From: Nitrososphaeraceae archaeon
Lineage (GTDB): Archaea; Thermoproteota; Nitrososphaeria; Nitrososphaerales; Nitrososphaeraceae
DNA: 53,947 bases
Assembly: GCA_025924135.1 (NCBI GenBank)
Contig: JAICEO010000001.1
Coordinates: 1 to 53,947, forward strand
Direction of reading: 5' to 3'
Shown here: one piece after another, positions 18,431-27,217 of the stretch
Numbering within the stretch: position 1 is the first letter of the stretch
How the letters are laid out: every line of letters begins with the position of its first letter
Translations under genes and position numbers: made by a program
The notes under the pieces: generated by a model
Seen by the model: the letters and a program-made list of their open reading frames with translations, nothing else
Databases searched by the model: none
Told to the model about the DNA's origin: nothing

Positions 18431-20410
18431 ATGCTATTCAAATACTTCTCTTTCCTACTTTTGGTTTTTTTCTCTTTCTCACTTTGTAGTATTGTTTTTG
18501 TTATTACCATAGCTTATTCGTATGATAATATCGGTTTATCTCAAAAGAATAAAACACCTATTGATCATGTGATCGTTATTTCTCAAGGACGGAGAAGTTT
18601 TGATAATTATTTTGGAACATATGAAGAAAGTAATGGTTTTCCGAAAAATGTAAGCATTCCCATAAACCCATTTCAATTCACACCATCATTTCAAAAGTTT
18701 ACAATATCATTGAGTTTTAAGAGTAATGATTCCAATGTGGGAAAAGAAAGTTTTCTTATAAACAAAGGGGGAATTGGAAAAGAGACTCCTGGAAATAATT
18801 TAAACTTTGGTATATGGCTTAATGAAAACGAACATCTCACTGCTGGTTTCGAATCCAAGAACGGAAAAGATTTTTTTGTAGTATCACAAAATAAATATAC
18901 AGATAATAATTGGCATCATGTTTTATTAACCTACAACCAGTCAGTATTAAAATTGTTTGTAGATAAAAATTTACAAGCAGAGAAAAAAACTCAAGGGGAT
19001 ATTCCAGATGACAATAACTTGCCATTTATTAGATTAGGTGCAAATTTTTTAAAACAAAATAATTTTTATGTTGGTAATATAGACAATGTTTTACTTTGGA
19101 ATCGATCATTGAATGAAAATGAAATTTCTTCATTCTTTTCAAATAAAGATATTCCACCAGGATCGATTGTAGACGTTAGATTAAGTACGACTAATATTAA
19201 ATACTCGAATAAAAATTTTCCATTGAATTTCAATGGGAGTAATTATTTTGATTTAAAATTAATCCCTAATATTACTGAAGGTTTAATAGAACCTTTTCAT
19301 TTAAAAAATACCAAGACACCTAATTTAAAATATGGACCGGTAGTTTATGAGAAATCTTACAATTACGGTTTTATGGATGGCTTTATTTTTGCTCAAAATG
19401 ATAACAACATCAAACCAAACGATAATGCAAAGAAAGACAATCATACTATTGTAATGGGATTTTATAACAATAGTGAAATTGGCCCATATTGGGATCTTGC
19501 CTCAAACTTTGTTTTAGCAGATAACTTTTTTAGTGTCACTAGACAGACAGACTTAACAAATAATTTGCATTTATTTACTTCAGAAGAGGGAAATTTTAAA
19601 AAATATGTACCTACAACAGGTCTATCTATTAATTCAACAGTATTAGATTTATTAGAAAAAAAAGGAATTCCGTGGAAAATTTATGTAGAAAATTATGATT
19701 CTAGTCTAAATTATACCAATGAAAATGAATCGTCAAAGCGTTACCTTACCTTAAATCCTATACTGGGAATTCCTAGATTTGTGGATAATATTACACTTAA
19801 TGGGAGAATACAAGATCTGAGTAACTATTTCCATGATCTAAAGCATAATTTACCCGCCGTATCGTATATTATTTTACCAGATAGTCAAGAGAGTAGTCCA
19901 AAAGATATTTTAAAAGGCCAAGAATCAGTTGTCTCTTTAATTATTTCTTTGATGCAAAGTAAACACTGGAAGAACAGTCTTTTTATCTTAACTTATAGTG
20001 GCTCTGGGGGTTGGTATGATCATGTGCCCCCTCCACTAGATTCTGAATTCGAACATGGTTTTAGAGTACCGACACTATTTATTTCTCCTTATTCTCATAA
20101 AGGTATAGTGGATTCTACATTTTATGACACACTGTCGATTGTAAAATTCATAGCATATAACTTTAATCTTAAACCTATTGGGTTTAAAGATTCTTTATCT
20201 AATAATATTTTAGCGGCTTTTGATTTCGATAAAACTCCAAGAAATTCAAATGAAAGCGTTGCAAATTTACTAGAAAATTACCAAATCACTTTGGCAAAAA
20301 AGAAAACCATTATAAAAGAAAATATTTTTTTTACATTTAATATATATTTAATAGTATTAGTAAGTATTATATTTTTTTATTTATTTTTGAGATTTATTAT
20401 AAAAAAATAA
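18431..20410 (+). CDS. Membrane-anchored phosphoesterase-family (PLC/AcpA) protein with inserted LamG domain
   Basis: IDHVIVISQ.RRSFDNYFG, LADNFFS, GGWYDHVPPP, GFRVPTLFISPY; LamG motifs WHHVLLTY, LFVD, GNIDNVLLWNRSL; hydrophobic N- and C-termini. Confidence 0.85.
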   Translation: MLFKYFSFLLLVFFSFSLCSIVFVITIAYSYDNIGLSQKNKTPIDHVIVISQGRRSFDNYFGTYEESNGFPKNVSIPINPFQFTPSFQKFTISLSFKSNDSNVGKESFLINKGGIGKETPGNNLNFGIWLNENEHLTAGFESKNGKDFFVVSQNKYTDNNWHHVLLTYNQSVLKLFVDKNLQAEKKTQGDIPDDNNLPFIRLGANFLKQNNFYVGNIDNVLLWNRSLNENEISSFFSNKDIPPGSIVDVRLSTTNIKYSNKNFPLNFNGSNYFDLKLIPNITEGLIEPFHLKNTKTPNLKYGPVVYEKSYNYGFMDGFIFAQNDNNIKPNDNAKKDNHTIVMGFYNNSEIGPYWDLASNFVLADNFFSVTRQTDLTNNLHLFTSEEGNFKKYVPTTGLSINSTVLDLLEKKGIPWKIYVENYDSSLNYTNENESSKRYLTLNPILGIPRFVDNITLNGRIQDLSNYFHDLKHNLPAVSYIILPDSQESSPKDILKGQESVVSLIISLMQSKHWKNSLFILTYSGSGGWYDHVPPPLDSEFEHGFRVPTLFISPYSHKGIVDSTFYDTLSIVKFIAYNFNLKPIGFKDSLSNNILAAFDFDKTPRNSNESVANLLENYQITLAKKKTIIKENIFFTFNIYLIVLVSIIFFYLFLRFIIKK

Positions 20411-20772
20411 ATTTAATCGTTCAATTATGCTATTAATCTTTACTTATTATATAGTGCTTTTACCTATATACTGGCTTGATTATGTAACAATTGTTTTCTT
20501 TTAAATAAAGAGGAAGAAGAGTTAAAAAAGGATAATTGCTACAATAGACTAGCTAAATGATTCTATAATTTTTAAATAAATTATTAACTTTGATAGTTAC
20601 TACATTTCCATCATATATGAGAAAAAAAATTTAATATATATTTTCTTGTGAATTAATCCACTATGATAGAAAAATCGTACTTCATTTTATCAGCTGATCA
20701 TTTTTATGATAAAATTTTATTTGGATATAGTAGGACACAATAGTAACAATTGCTAATTAAAAATATTATTTT

Positions 20773-20889
20773 TCATTTTATGTTATTCTTAAGTTCTGTA
20801 TTACTTAAACCACAACTATTACATTTAAAAACTGTTAATTTATCTCCATGGGTTGCTTTCATTTTTCCTCCACAACAAGGACAATTCAT
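20773..20889 (-). CDS. Zinc-ribbon microprotein (38 aa), not in ORF track
   Basis: Hand translation MNCPCCGGKMKATHGDKLTVFKCNSCGLSNTELKNNIK*; TTTATA about 25 nt upstream. Confidence 0.75.
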   Translation of the reverse strand: MNCPCCGGKMKATHGDKLTVFKCNSCGLSNTELKNNIK

Positions 20890-20995
20890 ATCATTGTAAA
20901 ACCTCTATAGATATAAAAACCCATAGTTAAACCAATATAAGGACAATTGGTAATCCACTATGTGCAGTAGATTACTAATAAAATATAAAAGTAAT

Positions 20996-21508
20996 CTATC
21001 GTAATTCCAGTTGTTTATATTCGTTAATCGCTTTGGTTTCATAATTAAATGCTTTGGAAAGAAGATCCATCGATATTTTATTTTCAGTAAGATTACCCGT
21101 TAGAAGATGTTTATTATAATGATCATAACTTGCAATTTCACTCTCAATTGAAACAATATAGTTATTGAGTGTTGAATTATATTCTTGTTGTACTAAGGTT
21201 TTTTTAGCCGATGATAGGATATTTTTTAGATCATCAATATATTCTTGATTTTTCTTTACTATTGTTTCATTATTATTGTTGTTAAGCGATAGGTTTATTG
21301 TAGCCATGTCATTTTGAAAATTGGTCGAAGCGTTATTTACCTTATCAAATAATGATTGTATAAAGTGTTTTGATTTCTCAAAACTAATATTTCCCACATC
21401 TTGATCATGGAAAAAAGCATAAGCATTGTCTAAGGAACTTATAAAAGCTAAAATAATACATGAAAATATAATTACCTCAAGGTTATGAAAATTATTTTTA
21501 TTTTTCAT
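20996..21508 (-). CDS. Secreted helical hypothetical protein
   Basis: Signal peptide ending AYA; amphipathic, Asn-rich body. Confidence 0.7.
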   Translation of the reverse strand: MKNKNNFHNLEVIIFSCIILAFISSLDNAYAFFHDQDVGNISFEKSKHFIQSLFDKVNNASTNFQNDMATINLSLNNNNNETIVKKNQEYIDDLKNILSSAKKTLVQQEYNSTLNNYIVSIESEIASYDHYNKHLLTGNLTENKISMDLLSKAFNYETKAINEYKQLELR

Positions 21509-21570
21509 TTTAATGTAAATAAGATTTCTTATATATATAATAGTTAACTACTTCACATTTTTTAATTGCT

Positions 21571-22473
21571 TCAAAAGTTCTTTATAATTAATTCAGAATG
21601 ATTTTTTCTTTTTTCTGTGTTACTATTAATCGACCGAAGAGCAGAGAGAGAGATGATATTTTGACTAAATGAAGAATATAAATCTCTAACAAATGGAGTA
21701 TCAGAATTGCTTAATAGTATTTTACATTTTCTTTTGTCTAATTCATAAAAAAAATTGGCTAATCTTTTTTGTTGATTATAATCAAAGCCATGAGAAGTGT
21801 AATTAGTAAATTTCGATGTTTCGTTTAGTGGATGATAGGGAGGATCAAAATATATAAAATCATTTTCTTTAATTTTTGTAATTATGTGTTGATAATCATA
21901 AGTTTCAAAATTTACTTTTGTTAAATTTATAATTTTATTTACTCTCGTAAGATTTTCGATATCGCAAATTTTAGGGTTTGTATAATTTCCAATAGGAACA
22001 TTAAATAACCCTTTTTTATTAACTCTGTATAAACCATTATAACATGTCTTATTTAAGGTAATAAATCGAGCGGCTTGCTGAATATGATTGAATCGAAAGG
22101 TTTCCTCTCTTAATTTATAATAAAATCTTCTTGGATTCTTATGATATTCGATTTCATTATATTGTAATTCTTTAATAAGATCCGTTAAATTATCTTTTAT
22201 GATTTTATAGACATTTATCAATTCAGCGTTAATGTCAGATAAATGAGCATAGCAATTTCTTTTCATTTTAAAAGATCTAACTATATAAAAAAATAATGCT
22301 CCACTGCCTACAAAAGGTTCAAAATAATTATTAAATTCTGTAGGAATAAAATTTTTTATTTGAGAAATAAGACGTGATTTTCCTCCTGCCCATTTTATAA
22401 AGGGATGACTAGGTTCCGAAATATTTTTAGCGAAAGGATTCATTTTGAGTGACATATTATCACAATTATCCAT
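21571..22473 (-). CDS. dam: Dam/D12-class DNA N6-adenine methyltransferase
   Basis: KWAGGK, EPFVGSG, YNGLYRVNKKGLFNVP, FDPPY. Confidence 0.92.
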   Translation of the reverse strand: MDNCDNMSLKMNPFAKNISEPSHPFIKWAGGKSRLISQIKNFIPTEFNNYFEPFVGSGALFFYIVRSFKMKRNCYAHLSDINAELINVYKIIKDNLTDLIKELQYNEIEYHKNPRRFYYKLREETFRFNHIQQAARFITLNKTCYNGLYRVNKKGLFNVPIGNYTNPKICDIENLTRVNKIINLTKVNFETYDYQHIITKIKENDFIYFDPPYHPLNETSKFTNYTSHGFDYNQQKRLANFFYELDKRKCKILLSNSDTPFVRDLYSSFSQNIISLSALRSINSNTEKRKNHSELIIKNF

Positions 22474-22882
22474 CAGACTTCATCCTTATATCCTCAAATA
22501 TAATAGAGATTCCTTCTCTATGTAAAATAAATATTTCTATCTTAAAACTCATTATAAAAAAAGTGATAAAATCGTAATTATTAAGTCTATGATTTAATGG
22601 AATATAATCAATGCTTTTGTATAAATACAACATCCTCTAAAAAAGGTTGTGGATTTCTTAATAATTGTATTTTAAGAAACATAAATATAGCCAACAAAAG
22701 TCAACAGAGAGTATTTTTAATTCTATTGAATTATTGCCATATCGATATGTATGGCTCTAGTGTTTTAGATCTGTATTTTTTGTCAACTATTTTTATAAAA
22801 TTTTCTATATGGGGTAGGAGATTAATTTACAATAATTATATACCATTTTATAATAAGAAAATTAACATTTAACGGGAATGGC

Positions 22883-24067
22883 TTATTTACCCTTATAATT
22901 GTAATCGTTTGTATTAAAAAGAATATTGGAATAAATTGATAATCTTTTTAGTGAAGAAATCTTTTCTAGTTTGTCTATTTCAGCTCCATTGATTGCTTCA
23001 CTCAAATACGTTATGGAATTATCATATGTATTTCTTGCTATGGGATAGGGCACTCCATCTTTGCCTCCATGCGCATAATTATATTTGACAGGATCTCTCC
23101 AAGAGGCTCTATTCCCATAAATGATTTCAGATATCAGAGCTAAGGCACGTACGGTAGATGGACCTACTCCATTTAGCGAAATCAAATGCTCATAATTTGT
23201 TGGATGAGTATCATATAATTCATCCATTGTCTTCCAATTAATTTTTCGAGGCATGACATATTTCTCAACATATGTACTTATTTGCTCATCAAAATTATTA
23301 CTGTCAGAATGTAACCTATTGGGAGAGATCCATTTATCCAAATTCTCAAAGCTATTTGTTTGCACAATTTTATAAATAGAAGATTTTATTGAATTGGATC
23401 CTTCCTTTACTAAATCCACGCAACGTTTGCGATTTTCCTCGGCTTCTCTTGAAGTCATATTTAAACAAAAAGGAATTCTTTCATTTCCTATTATTCCTTT
23501 ATGAGGTTCAATAATAAAGTCTATAAGATTATCTGATAGCCAATGATATCTTCTAGCTAACTTAAATTTTTCATTTAATCCTTGTTGTATAATTGTCCAA
23601 TTACCATCACCATCAAAAAAAATCATATGATGATATAAACTAAACCCATCTTGAATTGCAGAATTGTCTACTTTTGCTGACATTTTACTGGCATATAATA
23701 ATTTATCAATTTTATTTGTAGATAAATTGTAATTTTTTTCAGCAAGCTTATAAATTTCATATTTTGGTTTAATGGAATTTTTTCCTTTACCACCTGAAAT
23801 AGTGATTCCATGTTCTTCAAAATTTAATGATTGTTTCAAAACGCCAGTAACAACTGTAGTTAAACCAGAAGAATGCCAATCAAATCCTAATACGCATCCA
23901 AATGCTTGGAACCAAAGAGGATCAGATATTCGATTAAAAAATTCCTTCACACCCTTCTCATCTATAAGTATTTTACAAATGGCTGAGGAAAGTTTTATCA
24001 TCCTCTTTATTAAATAAGAGGGAGCGTGGCCACCATGTAATGGAAGATTTACTATACCTCTTTTCAA
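22883..24067 (-). CDS. DUF763-family protein (contains HhH-like motif)
   Basis: LPLHGGHAP, WFQAFGCVLGFDWHSSG, ARRYHW, GVGPSTVRAL, AHGGKDGVPYP. Confidence 0.85.
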   Translation of the reverse strand: MKRGIVNLPLHGGHAPSYLIKRMIKLSSAICKILIDEKGVKEFFNRISDPLWFQAFGCVLGFDWHSSGLTTVVTGVLKQSLNFEEHGITISGGKGKNSIKPKYEIYKLAEKNYNLSTNKIDKLLYASKMSAKVDNSAIQDGFSLYHHMIFFDGDGNWTIIQQGLNEKFKLARRYHWLSDNLIDFIIEPHKGIIGNERIPFCLNMTSREAEENRKRCVDLVKEGSNSIKSSIYKIVQTNSFENLDKWISPNRLHSDSNNFDEQISTYVEKYVMPRKINWKTMDELYDTHPTNYEHLISLNGVGPSTVRALALISEIIYGNRASWRDPVKYNYAHGGKDGVPYPIARNTYDNSITYLSEAINGAEIDKLEKISSLKRLSIYSNILFNTNDYNYKGK

Positions 24068-24171
24068 TGCTAATTTAATATCTCATTTCTAGTAATAAAT
24101 TTTTTCTGTATGAAAATAACATCTAAATCTTCTTTCATAGATTAAATAAAGTTAATTTTTATATTCTATAA

Positions 24172-25167
24172 ATGGATAGAAAAAAAATTTTTATAACAAG
24201 AAAAATCAATTCTAAAGGAATCGAATTATTAAAAAAGTATTATGATCTAATTTTTACCAATACACCTGATGCTCCTAGCAAAAACGTTATGCTTCAAAAA
24301 GTTAAAAATGTTCATGGAATTCTTTGCACATTATCAGAAAAGATTGACTCTGATATTATGGATGCTGCTGGTTCTAATTTAAAGGTAATTAGTACATACA
24401 GTACAGGATATGACCATATTGATATATGTGAGGCTACGAAAAGAGGAATTTATGTCACTACTACTGCCAATATATTATCTGAAGCTACTGCTGATCTTAC
24501 TCTTGGATTGATTCTTGCATTATCTCGAAAAATTTTAGAAGGTCACTTATATATAATTGATGGAAAATGGAAAAAAGGCTGGACACCTGATTTATTTCTT
24601 GGCAGTAATATATATGGCTCAACTTTAGGTATTCTGGGATTGGGAAATATAGGTACTGCTGTTGCTAGACGAGCTAATGGATTCAATATGAATATTATCT
24701 ATAACAATAGACACCGATTATCTAAATCAATAGAAAATAAATTGAATGCCACATTTGTGACATTTGATCAATTATTAGAAAATAGTGATTTTCTCTCCAT
24801 TCATACAAACTTTGATAAAGATAACTTTCATTTAATAGATATTAGAGAACTACAAAAAATGAAAAAAACTTCATTTCTAATTAATACTTCGAGGGGAAGT
24901 ATAATAAACGAAATATCTTTAATAAAAGCACTAAAAAATAAATGGATCGCGGGAGCAGGTTTGGATGTATTTGAGAAAGAACCTATATCAAATCTAAATG
25001 AACTATTAAAAATAAAAAATGTTATCCTCTTACCTCATCTTGGAAGTGCAACAGTACAAACTCGAGAGAGAATGTCTAAAGTGGCAGCTATTAATTTGCA
25101 CAATATCCTCTCTAACAAAAAACCATTATCTCTTGTTAATAGAGAACTATTACAAAATCTTTGTTGA
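24172..25167 (+). CDS. D-2-hydroxyacid dehydrogenase (glyoxylate/hydroxypyruvate reductase type)
   Basis: GYDHID, GILGLGNIG, INTSRG, AGLDVFEKEP, LPHLGSAT. Confidence 0.92.
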   Translation: MDRKKIFITRKINSKGIELLKKYYDLIFTNTPDAPSKNVMLQKVKNVHGILCTLSEKIDSDIMDAAGSNLKVISTYSTGYDHIDICEATKRGIYVTTTANILSEATADLTLGLILALSRKILEGHLYIIDGKWKKGWTPDLFLGSNIYGSTLGILGLGNIGTAVARRANGFNMNIIYNNRHRLSKSIENKLNATFVTFDQLLENSDFLSIHTNFDKDNFHLIDIRELQKMKKTSFLINTSRGSIINEISLIKALKNKWIAGAGLDVFEKEPISNLNELLKIKNVILLPHLGSATVQTRERMSKVAAINLHNILSNKKPLSLVNRELLQNLC

Positions 25168-25187
25168 TTGTGTAATTACTAATTTGA

Positions 25188-25472
25188 TTAATTTTCGCTT
25201 AAACGTTTAGAATAAACGTCTAGATAGTCCTCAGGTGATCCCTTTATACAATTTGTGGAAACCATTTTAATATTTTCTATCTTTAATCTTCCATTAGGAA
25301 TTGATTTGGTTTGTTGTAATTTTTTAATCTTATATTTTATTGGTTCTAAATGCTCTAGGCATGACACTCCAATTAAGTATTCTTCCTTTTCTATAACTGA
25401 TAATATGTAGGTGGGTGGAATGTCACATTGTGTATCTTGATTAAAAAAAGAACATTTTGTGGGTAGTGTCAA
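25188..25472 (-). CDS. Hypothetical protein with C/C/C-x2-H putative zinc ligands
   Basis: LPTKCS...QCDIPP...GVSCLEH...NCIKG; TTG start. Confidence 0.7.
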   Translation of the reverse strand: MTLPTKCSFFNQDTQCDIPPTYILSVIEKEEYLIGVSCLEHLEPIKYKIKKLQQTKSIPNGRLKIENIKMVSTNCIKGSPEDYLDVYSKRLSEN

Positions 25473-25624
25473 TTATAAAATTATGTATTTAGAATCTTTT
25501 ATTTAATTTAAACGAATTTCCAACATGAATTCAAACGCATTTTCTTTGAAAATGTCATAAGAGGAAAATTCCAAAATTTTTTAAAGACGTTTATAAATCA
25601 GTATACTAATTACAATAAAATAAG

Positions 25625-25795
25625 ATGGGAAGTAGAAAAAGACGCACAATTAAACCTCAAAGAAAGACTAAAAGTGTGGAAGGTAGATGCCCGAAATGTA
25701 CGACTATAGTCAGATTCAATGTATCTGGTCCTGTGGGTGATGAAATATATGAATGTAAAGGATGCATGTCAAAATATCATATTGATGAACTCTAA
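25625..25795 (+). CDS. Basic zinc-ribbon microprotein (56 aa), not in ORF track
   Basis: Hand translation MGSRKRRTIKPQRKTKSVEGRCPKCTTIVRFNVSGPVGDEIYECKGCMSKYHIDEL*; TTTATAAA at 25590-25597. Confidence 0.82.
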   Translation: MGSRKRRTIKPQRKTKSVEGRCPKCTTIVRFNVSGPVGDEIYECKGCMSKYHIDEL

Positions 25796-25899
25796 CTATC
25801 TTTGATTAAAACATGAATTTCTCATCTGTTTATTTAATACATAAATTCATTTTCTTCCTCTTATAACAATTTATTATACTTTTATATGATTATTATTAT

Positions 25900-26166
25900 A
25901 TGAATCAGAAAATAGATTACTCTGGTCAGGTGTATTTGTATAGTAGTGGCATGCCGCTTGATTTAATCGATCTCGCCAAGTCTAAATTAGTCAATGAATA
26001 TGGTGTATTGGCTGAGGATATCGTGTTAATTGAAGTTCCAGAAAATGTTCCAATGGGAGCCATCATGGTTACCCTGTGGCCTCATTATCTTTCAGTTTCA
26101 AAAGTAAAAAGAGTTAGAGATGGATCAATTTATGCTCCGCAATTATTTAATATCGATCTTGACTAA
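25900..26166 (+). CDS. Hypothetical protein (88 aa)
   Basis: ATG ORF with globular-protein composition; no motif recognised. Confidence 0.75.
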   Translation: MNQKIDYSGQVYLYSSGMPLDLIDLAKSKLVNEYGVLAEDIVLIEVPENVPMGAIMVTLWPHYLSVSKVKRVRDGSIYAPQLFNIDLD

Positions 26167-26207
26167 AATTTTATATTTTTAGTTAAAAATTAATGTCCCT
26201 TTAGTAA

Positions 26208-26357
26208 ATGATCTCTGTGAAAATTTCTTTTTTCTGTAGACGAGATCGTCATTCTGACTGTCCAGTAGATCTTCCTATTAGTGATGTTTGTGGTCCTACC
26301 TTTGATTGCTCCTTTGATATAAAATTAACAAAATGTGAATGTTCTTGTCATACTTAA
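26208..26357 (+). CDS. Cys-rich microprotein (49 aa), not in ORF track
   Basis: Hand translation MISVKISFFCRRDRHSDCPVDLPISDVCGPTFDCSFDIKLTKCECSCHT*; 7 Cys + 2 His; alternative GTG start at 26217. Confidence 0.75.
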   Translation: MISVKISFFCRRDRHSDCPVDLPISDVCGPTFDCSFDIKLTKCECSCHT

Positions 26358-26437
26358 GTAATATAGATAACATTTTTCATAGTTCAAATAATTTTTTTAG
26401 AGTAAAAACTATATAGAAATTCATAAACATTCTTAGG

Positions 26438-26575
26438 ATGGAAACGGTGAGGACTGTGTGCTCGTTCTGTAATTCGCCTATTTCTGTGGGTCAAAGTATA
26501 TGTAAAAATTGTATCAAGTTATATGATATTAAAATAGATAATCATGATAATGATGGTTGTGGATGTGACTCCTGA
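26438..26575 (+). CDS. Cys-rich zinc-finger microprotein (45 aa), not in ORF track
   Basis: Hand translation METVRTVCSFCNSPISVGQSICKNCIKLYDIKIDNHDNDGCGCDS*; CxxC-x10-CxxC plus GCGC tail; TATATA about 25 nt upstream. Confidence 0.75.
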   Translation: METVRTVCSFCNSPISVGQSICKNCIKLYDIKIDNHDNDGCGCDS

Positions 26576-26611
26576 AAAGCGCTAATTAGTCTTTTTCTTA
26601 ATTACAAAATG

Positions 26612-26680
26612 AGGGTCAGAAAATGGTATCACAAATCATTAGATAATATTTCTTCATACAGCCACCACTTCATCATCCCC
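26612..26680 (-). ncRNA. Candidate C/D-box guide sRNA
   Basis: Minus strand GGGG-ATGATGA(C)-AGTGGTGGCTGT-ATGA(D')-AGAAATATTATCTA-ATGATT(C')-TGTGATACCATTTT-CTGA(D)-CCCT; terminal stem and archaeal-length guides. Confidence 0.75.
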
Positions 26681-26686
26681 GAGGAT

Positions 26687-27217
26687 TTATTCAACACCTA
26701 TACTATCTAGCAAGTTTCTTGATTTGTTTTTTATTTTAGTATTTATTTTTACGCTAACTAATCCCTCTAGTGGTTGACCATAAAAAACAACCGAATCGAG
26801 AGGAGCAAGAGCAAAAACTGCTAGGGCTAGCATATCTTCCTCACCATCAATGAAAATAATAGCTTTTTCTTCTTTCATTAATATTTTTTTTATTGTAATA
26901 TACGCTTCTTTTGCTATAGTCCCCTTTGGATTTTTACATTGATATTGTTTATAGTGAGTACTGGTTAAAAAGAAAGTTTTGAGTTCTAAAATCTTAGATT
27001 CTGTTCGTCTAATACGTCTTTCTACGCAGTCAATGATGGATAAGTCAGGAGTTAAATCTAATGAAATAATTTTTTCAGTTGTAGCATCTCCTACTGTTAT
27101 CAATGCTTTCGAATCTTTCACCAAAGAACAGATTTTTTGTTTAGAGATTTCTTCTTGTTTTATTAATTCACCAAAAGGTTTTTTGAGAATATTTATATGT
27201 TCATCTTTAAGAGGCAT
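26687..27217 (-). CDS. GTP-dependent dephospho-CoA kinase (DUF359)
   Basis: LKKPFGEL, TVGDATT, NPKGTI, DGEEDML, YGQPLEG. Confidence 0.88.
   Translation of the reverse strand: MPLKDEHINILKKPFGELIKQEEISKQKICSLVKDSKALITVGDATTEKIISLDLTPDLSIIDCVERRIRRTESKILELKTFFLTSTHYKQYQCKNPKGTIAKEAYITIKKILMKEEKAIIFIDGEEDMLALAVFALAPLDSVVFYGQPLEGLVSVKINTKIKNKSRNLLDSIGVE

Noticed and set aside
22474-22486. ATGAAGTCTGA (C/D-like words) just upstream of the dam start on the minus strand
   Set aside because: No guide spacer or flanking stem; cannot form a C/D sRNA
22597-22872. 91-aa plus-strand ORF between dam and DUF763
   Set aside because: Composition is Ile/Asn/Phe/Cys-biased like translated AT-rich non-coding DNA; no nuclease or other motif; could not support it as a restriction partner
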